Below are positions 61,957 to 64,000 of a DNA stretch of 64,000 nucleotides, in pieces; positions within the stretch are counted from its first letter, which is position 1; each line of letters begins with the position of its first letter. Under the pieces are notes generated by a model. The model saw only the letters and a program-made list of their open reading frames with translations, searched no databases and was not told the origin of the DNA. The stretch lies in NCBI GenBank assembly GCA_963809065.1, contig CAWEIN010000024.1, positions 20,734 to 84,733 of the forward strand. The letters run 5' to 3'. The translations under genes were made by a program, and so were the position numbers. The DNA is from Blastocatellia bacterium. Lineage in GTDB: Bacteria; Acidobacteriota; Blastocatellia; Pyrinomonadales; Pyrinomonadaceae.

Positions 61957-62203
61957 CTTAAAGACTACTACTAGCATCCTTTCCATTTAACCAGTCCGGT
62001 AGCCCTTGTTTGTGATTGAGATAAGCGCGGACTGCGATCTCCAAATTTCACGACAGCACACTGACAGAATGTTGCAGGGGGGTGGATTCCAATGATCGGG
62101 ACGCCACCCCCGGTTACGTCCCAATAAATTGATTCGGCTGTCGGCCCTCCGCGGGCTCTCGCATATTTTCGACTCGCGGATTTTGGCATCCAACCAGCGC
62201 CGC

Positions 62204-62569
62204 ACAAATACAGAACCGGGAGCGGTAGCGACCGGATTCAACTTGCCTAACCTTATGCAAAAGCGGAGCGCGCTTGTTCGAGGTGAAACAGCTTTGCACA
62301 AAGATTCTACTCACGGCTGTGGAATTGAGTTATCTGCCAATACAAAATCAGAACTGGGAGCGACAGCGACCAGCCGAACACTCAACTTTGGGGCCCTGTT
62401 GGGGTGCATTTTCATAAGTTGACTCTTCGAGCTGGTCGCTATCGCTCCCAGTTCTGATTTTGTGTAGAGCTCTCCGTGCGAGAAACCACGCTGAGTAGTT
62501 TCTGTACAAAGCAAAGTGAATCTATGGCATCTTGAACCCGGTCGCTACCGCTCCCGGTTCCGTATTTGT
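62204..62569. mobile_element. Three-layer nested repeat: a variant REPIN (arms acaaatacagaaccgggagcggtagcgaccgg) containing a MITE (62291-62512) containing REPIN copy 8 (62352-62463)
   Basis: Outer arms at 62204-62235 and 62538-62569. Middle arms gctttgcacaaag.../...ctgtacaaagc. Inner arms at 62352-62385 and 62431-62463. Confidence 0.85.
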
Positions 62570-62681
62570 CCAGCTGATGTTGATTGGCAATACTTCGCTC
62601 GTGCCATCGGAATGAATAACGCTGAAGCGTACGCTCTATTTCGGTAGGACGCGCGGCATGCCAACTATCAGCGTTAACCCA

Positions 62682-63242
62682 TCATTTCTCACTGGGCGCC
62701 GGCAATCGCTTCTGCGTCAAGTTAGTGCGGTAACTCTGTTCCAGGTACTCAGCGCCTTCGACAGTCAAAATCAGCCGTGAATTATCGTCGTACTGAACAA
62801 ATCTCTTCTGCACCAGATACCAGATCGTGAACTCGAGATGCTCGCGCGGCCGGCCAATCAGTTTCTCGAGGTCCATTAAATAGATAGAGGCTTGATTCTG
62901 TTCCAGGCGTCGCTTGGTGTAGAGGATTTCAAGCACCGAGAGCCGCGCGAGCTGTTCCATTTCAAAGTCGTTTTCAACTTGTGCGCCCGTAGCTACCAGC
63001 CGCCAGCGATCCTTGCGCTGCTGCTCATGCACAATGTCATACTGCGCCCGCTTTTCCGGATGGCTTAGGACGTTATAAGCCTCAAGGATTACACGGAACC
63101 GATCTTCATTACCCGTTGTTTGATTATCAGGATGGAAACGCTGCGCCAGCAAGCGAAAGACACGGTTAATCGTTTCCGGCTCTGCGCTGCTACTCACCTG
63201 CAGCACTTCATAGTAATCAACGCCTTTTTGTTCTTCTGGCAT
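62682..63242 (-). CDS. J-domain protein without a DnaJ zinc-finger/CTD; unrelated helical C-terminal domain
   Basis: DYYEVLQVSSSAEPETINRVFRLLAQRFHPDNQ...YNVLSHPEKRAQYD contains the HPD motif. Start at 63242. Confidence 0.8.
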   Translation of the reverse strand: MPEEQKGVDYYEVLQVSSSAEPETINRVFRLLAQRFHPDNQTTGNEDRFRVILEAYNVLSHPEKRAQYDIVHEQQRKDRWRLVATGAQVENDFEMEQLARLSVLEILYTKRRLEQNQASIYLMDLEKLIGRPREHLEFTIWYLVQKRFVQYDDNSRLILTVEGAEYLEQSYRTNLTQKRLPAPSEK

Positions 63243-63479
63243 AAGAGGAATATCCTTATCTAAGACCAACCTCTCGGGCAGAGATTTCGACCCGCTCCAA
63301 ACCCAACATACCATTAATGCGTTGAGATTTAGTAGCAAATCATTTGTTGTTGTGCTAACCGAAAGGCAAGGCCCTGTCACCTAAATCCTTTTGCGCCTCG
63401 CCCAAGGCGAGCGCTCAAAAATTGTTGTTCTGCCGATTCCTCATGAGAACCCCCAAAACCAACGGACCATCCGGGGCTT

Positions 63480-64000
63480 AAGCTTCTATATCGATACGTC
63501 TACTGCAAAGGCTGGGTCGGTTGAAACATGGTTATTGCGAGCGGAGCCTTCGCTGAGTGATTAAGCGACACGTGCTCGCTGGCGAGCAGTACTTAGGCGG
63601 ACAACCATGTTTAAGATGGGCGGAACCCATGCACAAAGCGCCTGTTTGAGCCACTAACTACCAAAACACGTAGACGATTCCAGCGGCCGGTCCACCAAGA
63701 GCTCCGCGGCACGACCGTTGCCGAGCGGAGCCTTGCACGAGGGATGTTGCCGTGCTCGACGGGAAGCAATCTATCAGGCTTTCTAGATGGCGCTCTGCAT
63801 TTCTTTGTGTAAAGCATGGTCTCGGTTGGTGCGGAGAGGCGCTTTGTGCATGAGTTCGCCCGATCTTAAGCATGGTTGTCCGCCTAAGTACTGCTCGCCA
63901 GCGAGCACGTGTCGCTTAATCACTCAGCGAAGGCTCCGCTCGCAATAACCATGTTTCAACCGACCTAGCCTTTGCAGTAGACGCATCGATATAGAAGCTT
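63480..64000. repeat. Large inverted repeat: 163-bp arms (63480-63642 and 63838-64000), 195-bp centre, truncated by the window end
   Basis: The arms are reverse complements with about 7 mismatches. The right arm ends exactly at base 64000, so the repeat may extend further. Confidence 0.9.

Noticed and set aside
52000-64000. The repeat-rich accessory stretch as a prophage or integrative element
   Set aside because: No integrase, recombinase, phage structural, replication or conjugation genes, and no flanking tRNA or att-like direct repeats, were found. The only transposase is the small RAYT.

Overview
The window is a chromosomal segment from a moderate-GC bacterium. The intergenic repeat families and protein styles suggest Acidobacteriota, but that is inference only. 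About 80% is conserved housekeeping sequence: radA, gdh, alr, dnaB, rpsF-rpsR-rplI, pth-ctc-prs, tRNA-Gln, ispE, rpe, rsmB-fmt, def, aroC, uvrB, purC, and groESL with a perfect CIRCE operator. Nearly every intergenic spacer carries a palindromic repeat element.

Items worth a second look:
1. A single-gene TRPM-like SLOG(LSDAT)+SLATT membrane protein at 11946-14021, a candidate nucleotide-gated conflict effector.
2. A REP-associated tyrosine transposase (RAYT) at 52.1-53.2 kb. It sits inside a 794-bp partial tandem duplication and is flanked by its own REPIN hairpins. Ten copies of this REPIN family occur in the window, eight of them between 52 and 62.6 kb.
3. A repeat-saturated, ORF-poor accessory stretch from about 52 to 64 kb. 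It contains nested MITE insertions (one with a visible 10-bp target-site duplication and an empty-site copy), a 21-bp x ~12 iteron-like array, paralogous small genes, an orphan sigma-54 activator, and a 163-bp inverted repeat cut by the window end.
4. A Tat-exported plant-type polyphenol oxidase next to a stand-alone paralog of its own C-terminal domain.

At least ten single-frame disruptions hit otherwise conserved genes, including rpe. This points to assembly or sequencing indels rather than true pseudogenes. No rRNA, CRISPR array, integrase or prophage was seen.
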